DNA of 64,000 nt from IMG/VR virus record IMGVR_UViG_3300037418_001469; one strand, 5' to 3'. The notes under the pieces were generated by a model. The model worked only from the letters and a program-made list of their open reading frames with translations. It had not been told where the DNA came from and did no database searches. Position 1 is the first letter of the stretch, and each line of letters begins with the position of its first letter. Made by a program: the position numbers and the translations under genes. Shown one piece after another: positions 1-8,249 of the stretch. The stretch comes from a virus.

Positions 1-108
1 TGCTATTTCAACTACAGTTGCTTCTAGTCTTTTACTTCCTGTTGAGATGATTGACTCAACAAAATAATTTTCAACTTTTCTTAGGTTTTCTTTAGATACG
101 TTTGCCAT
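1..108 (-). CDS. 5' part of a gene running off the window; probable HTH DNA-binding protein (MANVSKENLRKVENYFVESIISTGSKRLEATVVEIA...)
   Basis: ATG at 108 preceded by AAGGAG; frame is open to the window edge; T-x-x-E-I-A resembles an HTH helix; promoters upstream. Confidence 0.6.
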   Translation of the reverse strand, partial: MANVSKENLRKVENYFVESIISTGSKRLEATVVEIA

Positions 109-160
109 TGTTGACCAACTCCTTAGTTTTTGTATTCCTCCTCCTTAGCCTGATAGTTAC

Positions 161-189
161 ATTGTAACATAATTATAATACAACGTCAA
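161..189 (-). promoter_or_regulatory. sigmaA-type promoter
   Basis: TTGACG-N17-TACAAT with extended TG. Confidence 0.7.
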
Positions 190-229
190 GGCACGCAGAA
201 GTGAAAATGATTGTTTTTGCTCTTAATCA

Positions 230-259
230 TAATATACCCACTTCATGCGTGTCCTATTC
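230..259 (-). promoter_or_regulatory. putative sigmaF-like (forespore-type) promoter
   Basis: GAATA-N15-GGGTATATTA compared with the B. subtilis sigmaF consensus GYWTA-N15-GGnnAnAnTW. Confidence 0.4.
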
Positions 260-288
260 ATATTTTATGCATATTTTTTTAAATTTTT

Positions 289-1014
289 TTATAATCGGAA
301 AAAACCATATCTAACATCTTTATTTGCAGTGTTGTATCGGTCATGAGTCCCAATGTCTAACCAATACATATTCTCTTCTATATAACCATACAATTTGGAC
401 TTACCTACATATAAAGGGAAAGTGTTTGTCTCTACCATATAGAATGTATCTTTTGGAATCAAATCTAATACCTTTTTGTCCATTATGTATATTCCTGCAT
501 TAATTACTCTTGGTAAATTTATGTGACTAACTAAAAACTCAATACTTGGCTTTTCGATAAAGCCTATAATTTTGTTTTCTTCTAATACCGCCATTCCAAA
601 TTGAGTAGCATTTTTTACTGTTGCTAATGCAATTGTAATACCTTCTGTGTGGCTTTGGATTAATTTGTCTAGATTTATATTAGTAAGTATATCTCCATTG
701 AATACTAAAAATGGCTCATCATCAAGCAAGTCCTCGCAGTTCTTAATTGCTCCTGCTGTTCCTAATGGTATTTCTCCATCTTCTCTATATGTAATGTTTA
801 CACCAAAATTACTTCCATCACCAAAGTAGCTAACGATTTTATCATGTAGATAGCCAGTACTAAAGATAATGTCTGTAATGCTATGTTTCTTTAACAGTCT
901 AATAATATATTCTAAGTGTGGCGTACCGTATATAGGCAACATTGGCTTAGGAGTATGGTCAGTGAGGGGCTTCAGCCTTGTACCTTTGCCCCCACTCAAA
1001 ATAATAGCTTTCAT
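289..1014 (-). CDS. Sugar-1-phosphate nucleotidyltransferase (NTP_transferase family, mannose-1-P/heptose-1-P guanylyltransferase-like; no hexapeptide C-terminal domain)
   Basis: MKAIILSGGKGTRLKPLT..PKPM, LGTAGAI, VFNGDI, FIEKP, INAGIY and YWLDIGT motifs. Confidence 0.9.
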   Translation of the reverse strand: MKAIILSGGKGTRLKPLTDHTPKPMLPIYGTPHLEYIIRLLKKHSITDIIFSTGYLHDKIVSYFGDGSNFGVNITYREDGEIPLGTAGAIKNCEDLLDDEPFLVFNGDILTNINLDKLIQSHTEGITIALATVKNATQFGMAVLEENKIIGFIEKPSIEFLVSHINLPRVINAGIYIMDKKVLDLIPKDTFYMVETNTFPLYVGKSKLYGYIEENMYWLDIGTHDRYNTANKDVRYGFFRL

Positions 1015-1016
1015 TA

Positions 1017-1799
1017 CTACACCTTCTTCATTACAATATTATCAATAAAATCATGTTTGAAAATTTCATCTATGTGTACTGCTACAGTTTCTCCATTTGG
1101 ATTAAGCAGATAATAGACATATCTTCCTTGAAGTGCTTTTAGAAAATGATAAAAGTTCTCTGTGTCATCTTGCAACATGCTTTTATTGAGTTCGAACACA
1201 ACTGTTCCAACTTGTTTATTCTTTAACATTTCTTTCATTCCTAAGAATACATGATACTCTCCACCTTCTGTATCAATCTTTAGGAAGTCAATATATCCAA
1301 GGTCTTCATTGTCTAAAGCAACAGTATTGATAGTTAAAAATGATTGAGTATCAGAAATGAAGTCACTCTTGTATTGGTCACTATGTTGTTTGATAGAGCT
1401 ATTTCCTTGGAATCTATCTGAAATATGAAATCTTAATTTGGCTTCTTTAGAGTATACACCTTTCCTACTAACTGTAGAAAATTTAGTGTGTCCATTTATC
1501 GCTAGGTTATCTAATAGTAATTGACGAACTGCACTATTAGGCTCATAAGCAGTAATCTTTCCTTGCGGTCCTACTTTAAATCCTAACAAGACGCTGAAAT
1601 ATCCAATATTCGCTCCAACATCTACTACATTCATTCCTGCTTGAATATTTTGCATTACATAGTTTGTTAATCCTGCCTCATAGAATCCAAGTTGTACTAA
1701 GTCAGGAGTTAAACTTAAATCATCTGCTAATGTATAAATTCGTCCTCCTACTTGAAGTGTAACGAACATTCTATTGTTTCCTATATATGTACCGTACAT
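1017..1799 (-). CDS. FkbM-family SAM-dependent methyltransferase
   Basis: VVDVGANIGYFS, AYEP and IDFLKIDTEGGE motifs. Confidence 0.9.
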   Translation of the reverse strand: MYGTYIGNNRMFVTLQVGGRIYTLADDLSLTPDLVQLGFYEAGLTNYVMQNIQAGMNVVDVGANIGYFSVLLGFKVGPQGKITAYEPNSAVRQLLLDNLAINGHTKFSTVSRKGVYSKEAKLRFHISDRFQGNSSIKQHSDQYKSDFISDTQSFLTINTVALDNEDLGYIDFLKIDTEGGEYHVFLGMKEMLKNKQVGTVVFELNKSMLQDDTENFYHFLKALQGRYVYYLLNPNGETVAVHIDEIFKHDFIDNIVMKKV

Positions 1800-2956
1800 T
1801 ACAACACAACCTTTTCTATGGACTGTTTTAAAGTAATACCTACATCAGACCATGTTAATAATTCCATTTCCTCTCTAGCCTTCTTGCCTTTTTCTTTTAC
1901 TTCATCTTGATTTTCATATGTATACCTCATTAATTGTCGTAAATGGTCAAGACTAGGTTCTGCCCACTTCATTTCATCAGTAAAACCTGGGAAGAAATTC
2001 TCAGAGATTGCTTGCTCAAGTCTTGATGTTGTACTCTCTAGCTTATAATCAATCAGATAGCCATTGTTATTGCTTATGAAGTCTGTCTGCCCACCCCATC
2101 CTGTCGCAATACAAGAGATACCACTAGACATAGCCTCCATATAAGGTAATCCTACACCTTCACCTCTACTTGGCAGTACAAAGACATCTGATGCTGTATA
2201 TAAACCTCTTAGGTCTTCTTCGTTGAAATCACTTCCACTATACAAGATAGGTGCTCTGTCATCACCATAACCTAGCATATACCTATAGCTCAAGATATGG
2301 CTATGCACTGCTCTTTGAGCCTCTTTTTGACTAGGATTCCAATATGATTTAAGTATCAACGACACATTATCTTTGTTTGTAAATTCCTGCCAAAATGCTT
2401 TAAGTAGAACATCAGGTGCTTTTCTATGTTGCCAATGAAAAACAGATAAAAAATTAAATGTTTTAGTTGTTTCTTCATCTATTACGAAAGGCTTATTGCT
2501 AGGATTAAACTGGTCTAATTCTGCACCATGAGGAACCATAAAAATCGGAACTGTTACTCCACTGTCTCGTAATGCTTGCACATTTTGTCTTGACGGTACT
2601 AATACTGCATCTGCTTGATTAATAGTTGGGAACCAATCATTAGGTATTTTTGTTGTCTCCCAAACAGTATTAATAATTACTTTATCAAATCCGTTTGCTC
2701 GTTCTTTTGCAGGGTTAATACCATGTGGTTGTGCGTGATAAACTAATACCTTTTTCTTATCCTTAGCTAGTGGCTTAGCTATTAACTCTTTTAATCTCTT
2801 AGCTTGCTCAGGAATTAGTCTAGTTGGTGGAGTTCCAAAGTTTAATGGCTCAACTTTCACATCAACACCTGCTCTATCTAGTGCAAGTATATATTCACGA
2901 CTAGCACGAGCGTATCCTTGTTTACAATGTATAATTCCTCTCCATACTACTTGCAT
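1799..2956 (-). CDS. Glycosyltransferase family 4 (GT-B fold)
   Basis: GYARASREY N-terminus, RKAPDVLLKAF, DVFVLPSRGEGVGLPYMEAM (E-x7-E). Confidence 0.9.
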   Translation of the reverse strand: MQVVWRGIIHCKQGYARASREYILALDRAGVDVKVEPLNFGTPPTRLIPEQAKRLKELIAKPLAKDKKKVLVYHAQPHGINPAKERANGFDKVIINTVWETTKIPNDWFPTINQADAVLVPSRQNVQALRDSGVTVPIFMVPHGAELDQFNPSNKPFVIDEETTKTFNFLSVFHWQHRKAPDVLLKAFWQEFTNKDNVSLILKSYWNPSQKEAQRAVHSHILSYRYMLGYGDDRAPILYSGSDFNEEDLRGLYTASDVFVLPSRGEGVGLPYMEAMSSGISCIATGWGGQTDFISNNNGYLIDYKLESTTSRLEQAISENFFPGFTDEMKWAEPSLDHLRQLMRYTYENQDEVKEKGKKAREEMELLTWSDVGITLKQSIEKVVL

Positions 2957-2970
2957 AAAATATCCTCTCC

Positions 2971-4161
2971 TTAAATGCGATAGAAATTAGGTTTAATTGT
3001 CTTGTCTAACTTCTTAGCTTGTGGCTCTACTTGTGCAATCAGCTTTACAAATTGATTGTTAATAGCCATCCAATCCATACCAATAGCTTTATTTCTTCCT
3101 TTTGCACCTAACTCTTTTAGTTTTCTAGAGTCTTTTCTTTTCCAATCGTCGTAAAACAAGTTGAGTTTACGAGCCAAATCATCAGTATCAGCAATAGCCT
3201 GCTCGATGTTTCTGCCCATAATCAATGTGTCTCTTACTTTAATTAACTCTTGTCGGTCAACTACTAACTCTGTACAAGCTGAAAAGTCAGTTACTAGAAC
3301 AGGCGTTCCTGCTGACTGTGACTCTAAAATTGGCAATCCGAATCCTTCTGCCATTGTTGGTAATGCCATCACATCAAACATATTATACAACATATTTAGT
3401 TCGCTGTCAGGTACACCATTCATAGCATTAAATCCATTTGTGTGATATGCCTTATCTCCGATATTAAACCTAGTTACGAGTTCATCTATACTCCAACCTA
3501 CATCACGAATTTGTGAGTGCAAGTATAGTGCTACATCTTTTTTGTTTTCTGAAAACTTTGAGAATGCTTTTATTAGCGCAGGAAGATTTTTTCTTGGTTG
3601 ATTTCTAGCCACACAACCTACGACAAAAACATCATCTCTTCCTAATACAGTTCTTTTAATTTCATCAGTTTTTTCAAGTGGTAGAAAAACACTTGTATTA
3701 ACTCCATGTGGTATATATATCGGATTTCTTCCTAGAATATCAGCTACTAGTTTAAATGCAAACTTGCTAAACACAACAGGGATATCAATATCCTTAATCC
3801 AACTATGCCAATTAGGAGGAATAGGATATCCGTCAATAGGGAAATAACTAATCCAACATACTGACTTCCGTTCTTCCATGCTTGGAATAAACTCAGTCAT
3901 CCAAGGGTCGCCAAGTGTAAACACAATATCAGGCTTCTCACTTCTGATAAAATTTGCTAATACATCTTCTCCAAAATTTTCTCTATGTGTGTTGCAAGGG
4001 AGTATGACAAAAGGAAAATCATGTGGCTCTCCTTGATGCCCCCAACCAATTACTGTTACATCGTGTCCTGCATTATGTAGTGCTGTCGCTACCTCTTTAC
4101 TAACACGACCATATCCTGTACTGATAGTAGGACTATCACTCATGTAAACAATTTTAGCCAT
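2971..4161 (-). CDS. Glycosyltransferase family 4 (GT-B fold)
   Basis: SDSP..TGYGRV, IPHGV, RNQPRKN, LPTMAEGFGLPILES; start moved to MAKIVY, which follows a GAGAGGTG RBS. Confidence 0.9.
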   Translation of the reverse strand: MAKIVYMSDSPTISTGYGRVSKEVATALHNAGHDVTVIGWGHQGEPHDFPFVILPCNTHRENFGEDVLANFIRSEKPDIVFTLGDPWMTEFIPSMEERKSVCWISYFPIDGYPIPPNWHSWIKDIDIPVVFSKFAFKLVADILGRNPIYIPHGVNTSVFLPLEKTDEIKRTVLGRDDVFVVGCVARNQPRKNLPALIKAFSKFSENKKDVALYLHSQIRDVGWSIDELVTRFNIGDKAYHTNGFNAMNGVPDSELNMLYNMFDVMALPTMAEGFGLPILESQSAGTPVLVTDFSACTELVVDRQELIKVRDTLIMGRNIEQAIADTDDLARKLNLFYDDWKRKDSRKLKELGAKGRNKAIGMDWMAINNQFVKLIAQVEPQAKKLDKTIKPNFYRI

Positions 4162-4174
4162 TAAGCACCTCTCC

Positions 4175-4675
4175 TTATATCTCAGGTAAAAACAATTCTT
4201 TGTAATAATCTTCTTCAATTCCATACTGCTTTTTAACAGTATCAACCAAGTGGAACAATCCTTTATATTCTTCTATAATAAGCTCAACTTTTTCTTCTTC
4301 CTTTGATTCTACATGAATCCTCTCGCCAACTATAAGTTGAAACAATCGGTCATTAGCAATACCTGTTTGACATACTTGAATTTCATTCTTTCCTCGCTTG
4401 ATAGTCTTTGTAACATCTAAACTATCTTGCACAGCTTTAAACACATTATCCACATCTATCCAACGTTTGCCATGTTGGTAGACTCTCATATACATTGAGG
4501 CATAGGTGGTAATGGTTTCTTTAATAACGTCATTTGCTATTTGTCCAACCATCATCTCATAATCTTCTAAATCACGAGTTGTGTAAATTATTCCACGCTT
4601 ACCAATAACTCGGACACCATACATATTACTTTTAGCAATTGGTCTTTGTGGTATTTCTATAAAATAGTGTTCCAT
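4175..4675 (-). CDS. RusA-like Holliday junction resolvase
   Basis: P..P..K N-terminus, DVDNVFKAVQDSL, GIAND motifs. Confidence 0.8.
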   Translation of the reverse strand: MEHYFIEIPQRPIAKSNMYGVRVIGKRGIIYTTRDLEDYEMMVGQIANDVIKETITTYASMYMRVYQHGKRWIDVDNVFKAVQDSLDVTKTIKRGKNEIQVCQTGIANDRLFQLIVGERIHVESKEEEKVELIIEEYKGLFHLVDTVKKQYGIEEDYYKELFLPEI

Positions 4676-4693
4676 TTAATCACTCCTAGGTTT

Positions 4694-4720
4694 AAAAAAG
4701 GAGGGACGCAATGCCCTCCT
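4694..4720 (-). terminator. Rho-independent terminator after ERF
   Basis: AGGAGGGC-ATTGC-GTCCCTCC followed by a T run. Confidence 0.8.
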
Positions 4721-4728
4721 ATGTTAAA

Positions 4729-5544
4729 TTACTTACCTGCTCGGTCAGCGTTGATTGTTCCAATGATTTCTCGTGCATTATCAGCAGATACATCTTCTAG
4801 TTTTGCGACACCATATTTAGATACTAAGCCATTTAGGTACTCATCTTTATCAAATCCATCACCTTTTTTACGAGCAAGGATATTCAACATATTACCAATA
4901 GCTTTTTCTTGTTGTGGACTAATCTTCTCTAATGACTTAGTTTCGTTAGACTCTTCATTTGCTAATTCATCTTTACCTTCTTGCTCTGCCTCTTGCTTGC
5001 TAGCATTTTGTCTAGCTTGTGCTTTAGCAATAGCCTCTTGTTTACGCTTTTCTTTTTCTGCATCACTTAAACCGCCACCACTGTTATTGTTTTTTGGTGC
5101 GTTACTAGATGCATCTTTGTATCCGCTACTTGCGTGATTGCCATCGTCATCATCCTCTGATGATAATCCTAAAATAGCTGATAAACTATATCGACGACCA
5201 TATGTAATAGCTGAACCTGCTCCTTGTGCATTGAAGTCTTTAACTCCTCCACCTTTAATCTGATAAGCAGGAAGGACTAACTCAGATGATTGAATGTATT
5301 CTCCTGACTCATGCAATAACAAGGACGTAATTACTACGCTCTCTCCTTCTGAACCTGTTGATTGAAGCACAGACAAACCATACTTAGCTAACACAGGCTT
5401 AGCTGTATTGATAACTTCGTCTAGTGGAGCATAAGTACTTTTGAATTGTGGATTTTTTGCTGTATTATTTGGATTCTTTACCTCTGCTTGGAATTGAGCA
5501 TATGCCTTAGCTAGGTTTGCAATTGATTCGGACATTTTAATCAT
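4729..5544 (-). CDS. ERF-family single-strand annealing protein
   Basis: NP.FKSTYAPLDEV, LLHESGEYI, AQGAGSAITYGRRYSLSAILG..EDDDDG. Confidence 0.92.
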   Translation of the reverse strand: MIKMSESIANLAKAYAQFQAEVKNPNNTAKNPQFKSTYAPLDEVINTAKPVLAKYGLSVLQSTGSEGESVVITSLLLHESGEYIQSSELVLPAYQIKGGGVKDFNAQGAGSAITYGRRYSLSAILGLSSEDDDDGNHASSGYKDASSNAPKNNNSGGGLSDAEKEKRKQEAIAKAQARQNASKQEAEQEGKDELANEESNETKSLEKISPQQEKAIGNMLNILARKKGDGFDKDEYLNGLVSKYGVAKLEDVSADNAREIIGTINADRAGK

Positions 5545-5580
5545 ATATGTATCACCTTTCCTTTGTTAAATTATATTTAT

Positions 5581-5609
5581 ATTATATCATGCTTGTATAG
5601 ATTAGTCAA
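5581..5609 (-). promoter_or_regulatory. sigmaA-type promoter
   Basis: cccTTGACT-N17-TATAAT with TGn. Confidence 0.8.
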
Positions 5610-5934
5610 GGGTTTCATAGAAATCTTCATCTTCGTCATCATCATCAAAAAGATTCTCAATTTCAAATAACGAAACTGCCTCTGTAAACTCAGCAATATA
5701 TTCTACATAGTTTCTTGTGGCTAAATCTGCATGGAAATTGTCCAATAGAACCCACTTAAAATCTCTTTTCGGGTCTTTATAGACGATTAATCCTTGCACC
5801 ATGTCTTCTCCTTCATATACTCCTACGGACATTGATAGCTCACTTGTAAGCCAACAAGCCATAGTCTTTCCTCTGCTTTTTGGATATTCTACCGCCAAAT
5901 AATCTCTTAAATCTTCCATCTTATCGAACAGCAT
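5602..5934 (-). CDS. Hypothetical acidic protein (110 aa)
   Basis: Start reassigned to MLFDKMEDL after GAGGAGTGGAG; acidic tail. Confidence 0.65.
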   Translation of the reverse strand: MLFDKMEDLRDYLAVEYPKSRGKTMACWLTSELSMSVGVYEGEDMVQGLIVYKDPKRDFKWVLLDNFHADLATRNYVEYIAEFTEAVSLFEIENLFDDDDEDEDFYETLD

Positions 5935-6148
5935 TTTTACTCCACTCCTCATACTCTCTAGCGTTTCTAATTTCGCTTTCATGGTACTTAACCCAACTGT
6001 CAGCCTTAAACTTCTTATGGGTCTTCTTTGCATGCTTAGCTACTGCACTCCAAAAAGCTAGTTGTTCTGATTGCTCTGCAACATATTCATCTACAGTAAA
6101 TGGCACAAAGTCATTAGTTTCAGGATTCCAAATATGCCCATATTCCAT
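5921..6148 (-). CDS. Hypothetical protein (75 aa)
   Basis: MEYGHIW start after GAGGAGGTG RBS. Confidence 0.65.
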   Translation of the reverse strand: MEYGHIWNPETNDFVPFTVDEYVAEQSEQLAFWSAVAKHAKKTHKKFKADSWVKYHESEIRNAREYEEWSKNAVR

Positions 6149-6152
6149 TGTA

Positions 6153-7028
6153 TTACACCTCCTCAAGATATTTAACGATATTATTAATTTGAGATAATCC
6201 GTACTCATAGCCTCTCTGATAACATTCAGTCATTCTAGTTGTGTCTAATGCTGTCACATCATAAATTCTAGGATTCAGATATAAACCAAAATCTTTTCTG
6301 TTTCCATCAGTTACTCTCTCCATCAATATATTTACAGACATATGGGCAATGTCAATAATTCCATTCGTTTCTACTTCTCCTGAATATCCTAGGTCTAATG
6401 ACAATACTTTATCTGCACCTAGGGCAACTGCTACATCTGATGGCAAATTATTTGTTATTCCACCATCAACTAATTTCACATTATTTATTACTTTGGGAAC
6501 AAAGATAGGTGGCATACTGCTTGAGGCTCTTATAATTTCACTAAGCTTGTAGTCAAAAATTTCATTGAACCAATTAATTGAAAAGTTATCATCATTAATT
6601 GCGCCTAATTTAAAATTAGAAAATTTATTAGTAAAAATAACTTGCTTTCCTTTATCAATATCTGTAGCAACAATTCCTAATGGAACTTTAATGTCTCCTA
6701 GGTTAGCGCCATTAAACATACTATGTAGTAATTCTTCTAAAGTATCTCCTTTGACGAATCCTTCTATTTTACTAGTAGTAAGTATTCCTTTGGCGATATG
6801 TCCATAAGCAATATCTATCATTTCCTTGCTTACTTCTACAAACTTTGCTAATGCCTCTTTCGGCTCATATCCATATGCTAGTAAGCTAGCAACTACTGAA
6901 CCTGCTGAAGTTCCTGCATAGATTGTAGGATAAATTCTGTTTTCATATAACGCTTGCACGATTCCTAAGTGACCTGCTCCTCTAACTCCTCCTCCTGCAA
7001 ACGCTATTCCTAATTTTAATTCAGCCAT
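6153..7028 (-). CDS. Patatin-like phospholipase
   Basis: GGGVRG oxyanion loop, GTSAG nucleophile, RASSSMP and DGG motifs all intact. Confidence 0.92.
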   Translation of the reverse strand: MAELKLGIAFAGGGVRGAGHLGIVQALYENRIYPTIYAGTSAGSVVASLLAYGYEPKEALAKFVEVSKEMIDIAYGHIAKGILTTSKIEGFVKGDTLEELLHSMFNGANLGDIKVPLGIVATDIDKGKQVIFTNKFSNFKLGAINDDNFSINWFNEIFDYKLSEIIRASSSMPPIFVPKVINNVKLVDGGITNNLPSDVAVALGADKVLSLDLGYSGEVETNGIIDIAHMSVNILMERVTDGNRKDFGLYLNPRIYDVTALDTTRMTECYQRGYEYGLSQINNIVKYLEEV

Positions 7029-7029
7029 A

Positions 7030-7218
7030 TTATTTTTTCCTCACTAAAATAGTTATTAATACAAAATACACAACTAACAAACCAAGATACTTTAGAAAGT
7101 CAAATATTCCGCTTGCATGTGTGAAGATATGCCATGCCTTACTTCCAACAAATAGACTTGCAAGAACTAATGCGCCATTTATAAAAATCTTTAACAAATA
7201 TAATAGTATTGCTTTCAT
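7030..7218 (-). CDS. Small membrane protein (2 predicted TM segments)
   Basis: Two hydrophobic stretches, basic C-terminus, AAGGAG RBS. Confidence 0.7.
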   Translation of the reverse strand: MKAILLYLLKIFINGALVLASLFVGSKAWHIFTHASGIFDFLKYLGLLVVYFVLITILVRKK

Positions 7219-7249
7219 TCACAACAACTCCTTTATGTATTATAGTTAT

Positions 7250-7278
7250 ATTATAAATGAGAAAGAGAGAAAAGTCAA
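7250..7278 (-). promoter_or_regulatory. sigmaA-type promoter
   Basis: ccTTGACT-N17-TATAAT. Confidence 0.8.
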
Positions 7279-7302
7279 GGACTAGTCTCTCTCAATCTCT
7301 TA

Positions 7303-7794
7303 TTATTTAATTTCTACTAAAGCATTAATTAGTTCTTCTTTGGTGATTACACCTTTACAGTAATTCAACAGATACATAAGTGTAATAGCTTGAGTAGCTT
7401 CTGCTGTAATAAGTGGCTCTTCAACCGTTACACCTTTGTCTCGGTTGTCAAGCAAAAATTTAAAATCTTTGGTGTTAGCAGAAATAAGTTCAATAAGCAA
7501 TTCGACTGTAATGACTTTCTTTGTAGTCTCTACTTTTAATGGTTCATCAAATAGCTTATCGTATTCTTTGTTTGGCACAAGACCATCTAACCTCTTAACT
7601 ACATTTTTTTTCTCGTCTAATAAAATAGCTGTAGGTGTATTATGTATTTCGTACTTAGTTGCAATATCCTTATTTTTGTCAACATTATACTCTTCGACTC
7701 GGACATCACGCCTTCCTCTTTTTTTCATAAAATACTTTTTAGCGTCATCACTTGGCGGACAATTTTCACGATAAAATACAATTAATGTTTTCAT
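7303..7794 (-). CDS. Thioredoxin-fold protein (CPPS motif) with C-terminal extension
   Basis: FYRENCPPS, NVD...IATKYEI..TPT thioredoxin pattern. Confidence 0.7.
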   Translation of the reverse strand: MKTLIVFYRENCPPSDDAKKYFMKKRGRRDVRVEEYNVDKNKDIATKYEIHNTPTAILLDEKKNVVKRLDGLVPNKEYDKLFDEPLKVETTKKVITVELLIELISANTKDFKFLLDNRDKGVTVEEPLITAEATQAITLMYLLNYCKGVITKEELINALVEIK

Positions 7795-7826
7795 TTTTAA
7801 CTCCTCCTTTTTTATATTACACTTAT

Positions 7827-7855
7827 ATTATAGCAGAATATGGAAAAAGAGTCAA
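7827..7855 (-). promoter_or_regulatory. sigmaA-type promoter
   Basis: cccTTGACT-N17-TATAAT with TGn. Confidence 0.8.
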
Positions 7856-7863
7856 GGGTACAA

Positions 7864-8142
7864 CTATAAACCTAGTTTTTCTGCTACTGCTCTTTGAATA
7901 TCAGGGGTAAAACCAAAGAATACTTCGCCATCAACAACGAGTACAGGAGCACCCATAGCATCTAGCTTATCGAAATCAGCTTTAAAATCAGTGTCTTCAT
8001 ATGTTTCTACTTCTCCACAACAATGTTTCTCAACTACATTTGTGTCGATATTCTTGTATTCAAAATCTACTTTATTTGCCTGCAAGAATAGTTTAGCTAA
8101 CTTACAATACTTACAATTTTCTGCGCTATATACTGTTACCAT
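7864..8142 (-). CDS. Glutaredoxin/NrdH-like redoxin
   Basis: VTVYS..NCKYC, GAPVLVVDG..GF; directly downstream of the RNR gene. Confidence 0.85.
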   Translation of the reverse strand: MVTVYSAENCKYCKLAKLFLQANKVDFEYKNIDTNVVEKHCCGEVETYEDTDFKADFDKLDAMGAPVLVVDGEVFFGFTPDIQRAVAEKLGL

Positions 8143-8183
8143 TATACATCAATCCTCTCAAATTTAATTCCTTGTTTAGAGAA

Positions 8184-8217
8184 CTCTAAGAGTGGCTTTT
8201 TAAGACCACACTTAGAG
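8184..8217. other. Intergenic hairpin between RNR and redoxin genes
   Basis: CTCTAAG-AGTGG...CCAC-ACTTAGAG inverted repeat. Confidence 0.6.
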
Positions 8218-8249
8218 CATTGTTTAGTAGTTATTTCACTTGACACATA

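Noticed and set aside
5602-6208. Programmed frameshift between the overlapping ORFs 5602-6033 and 5921-6208
   Set aside because: Each has its own RBS and a downstream ATG (5934 and 6148), leaving only a 14-nt overlap
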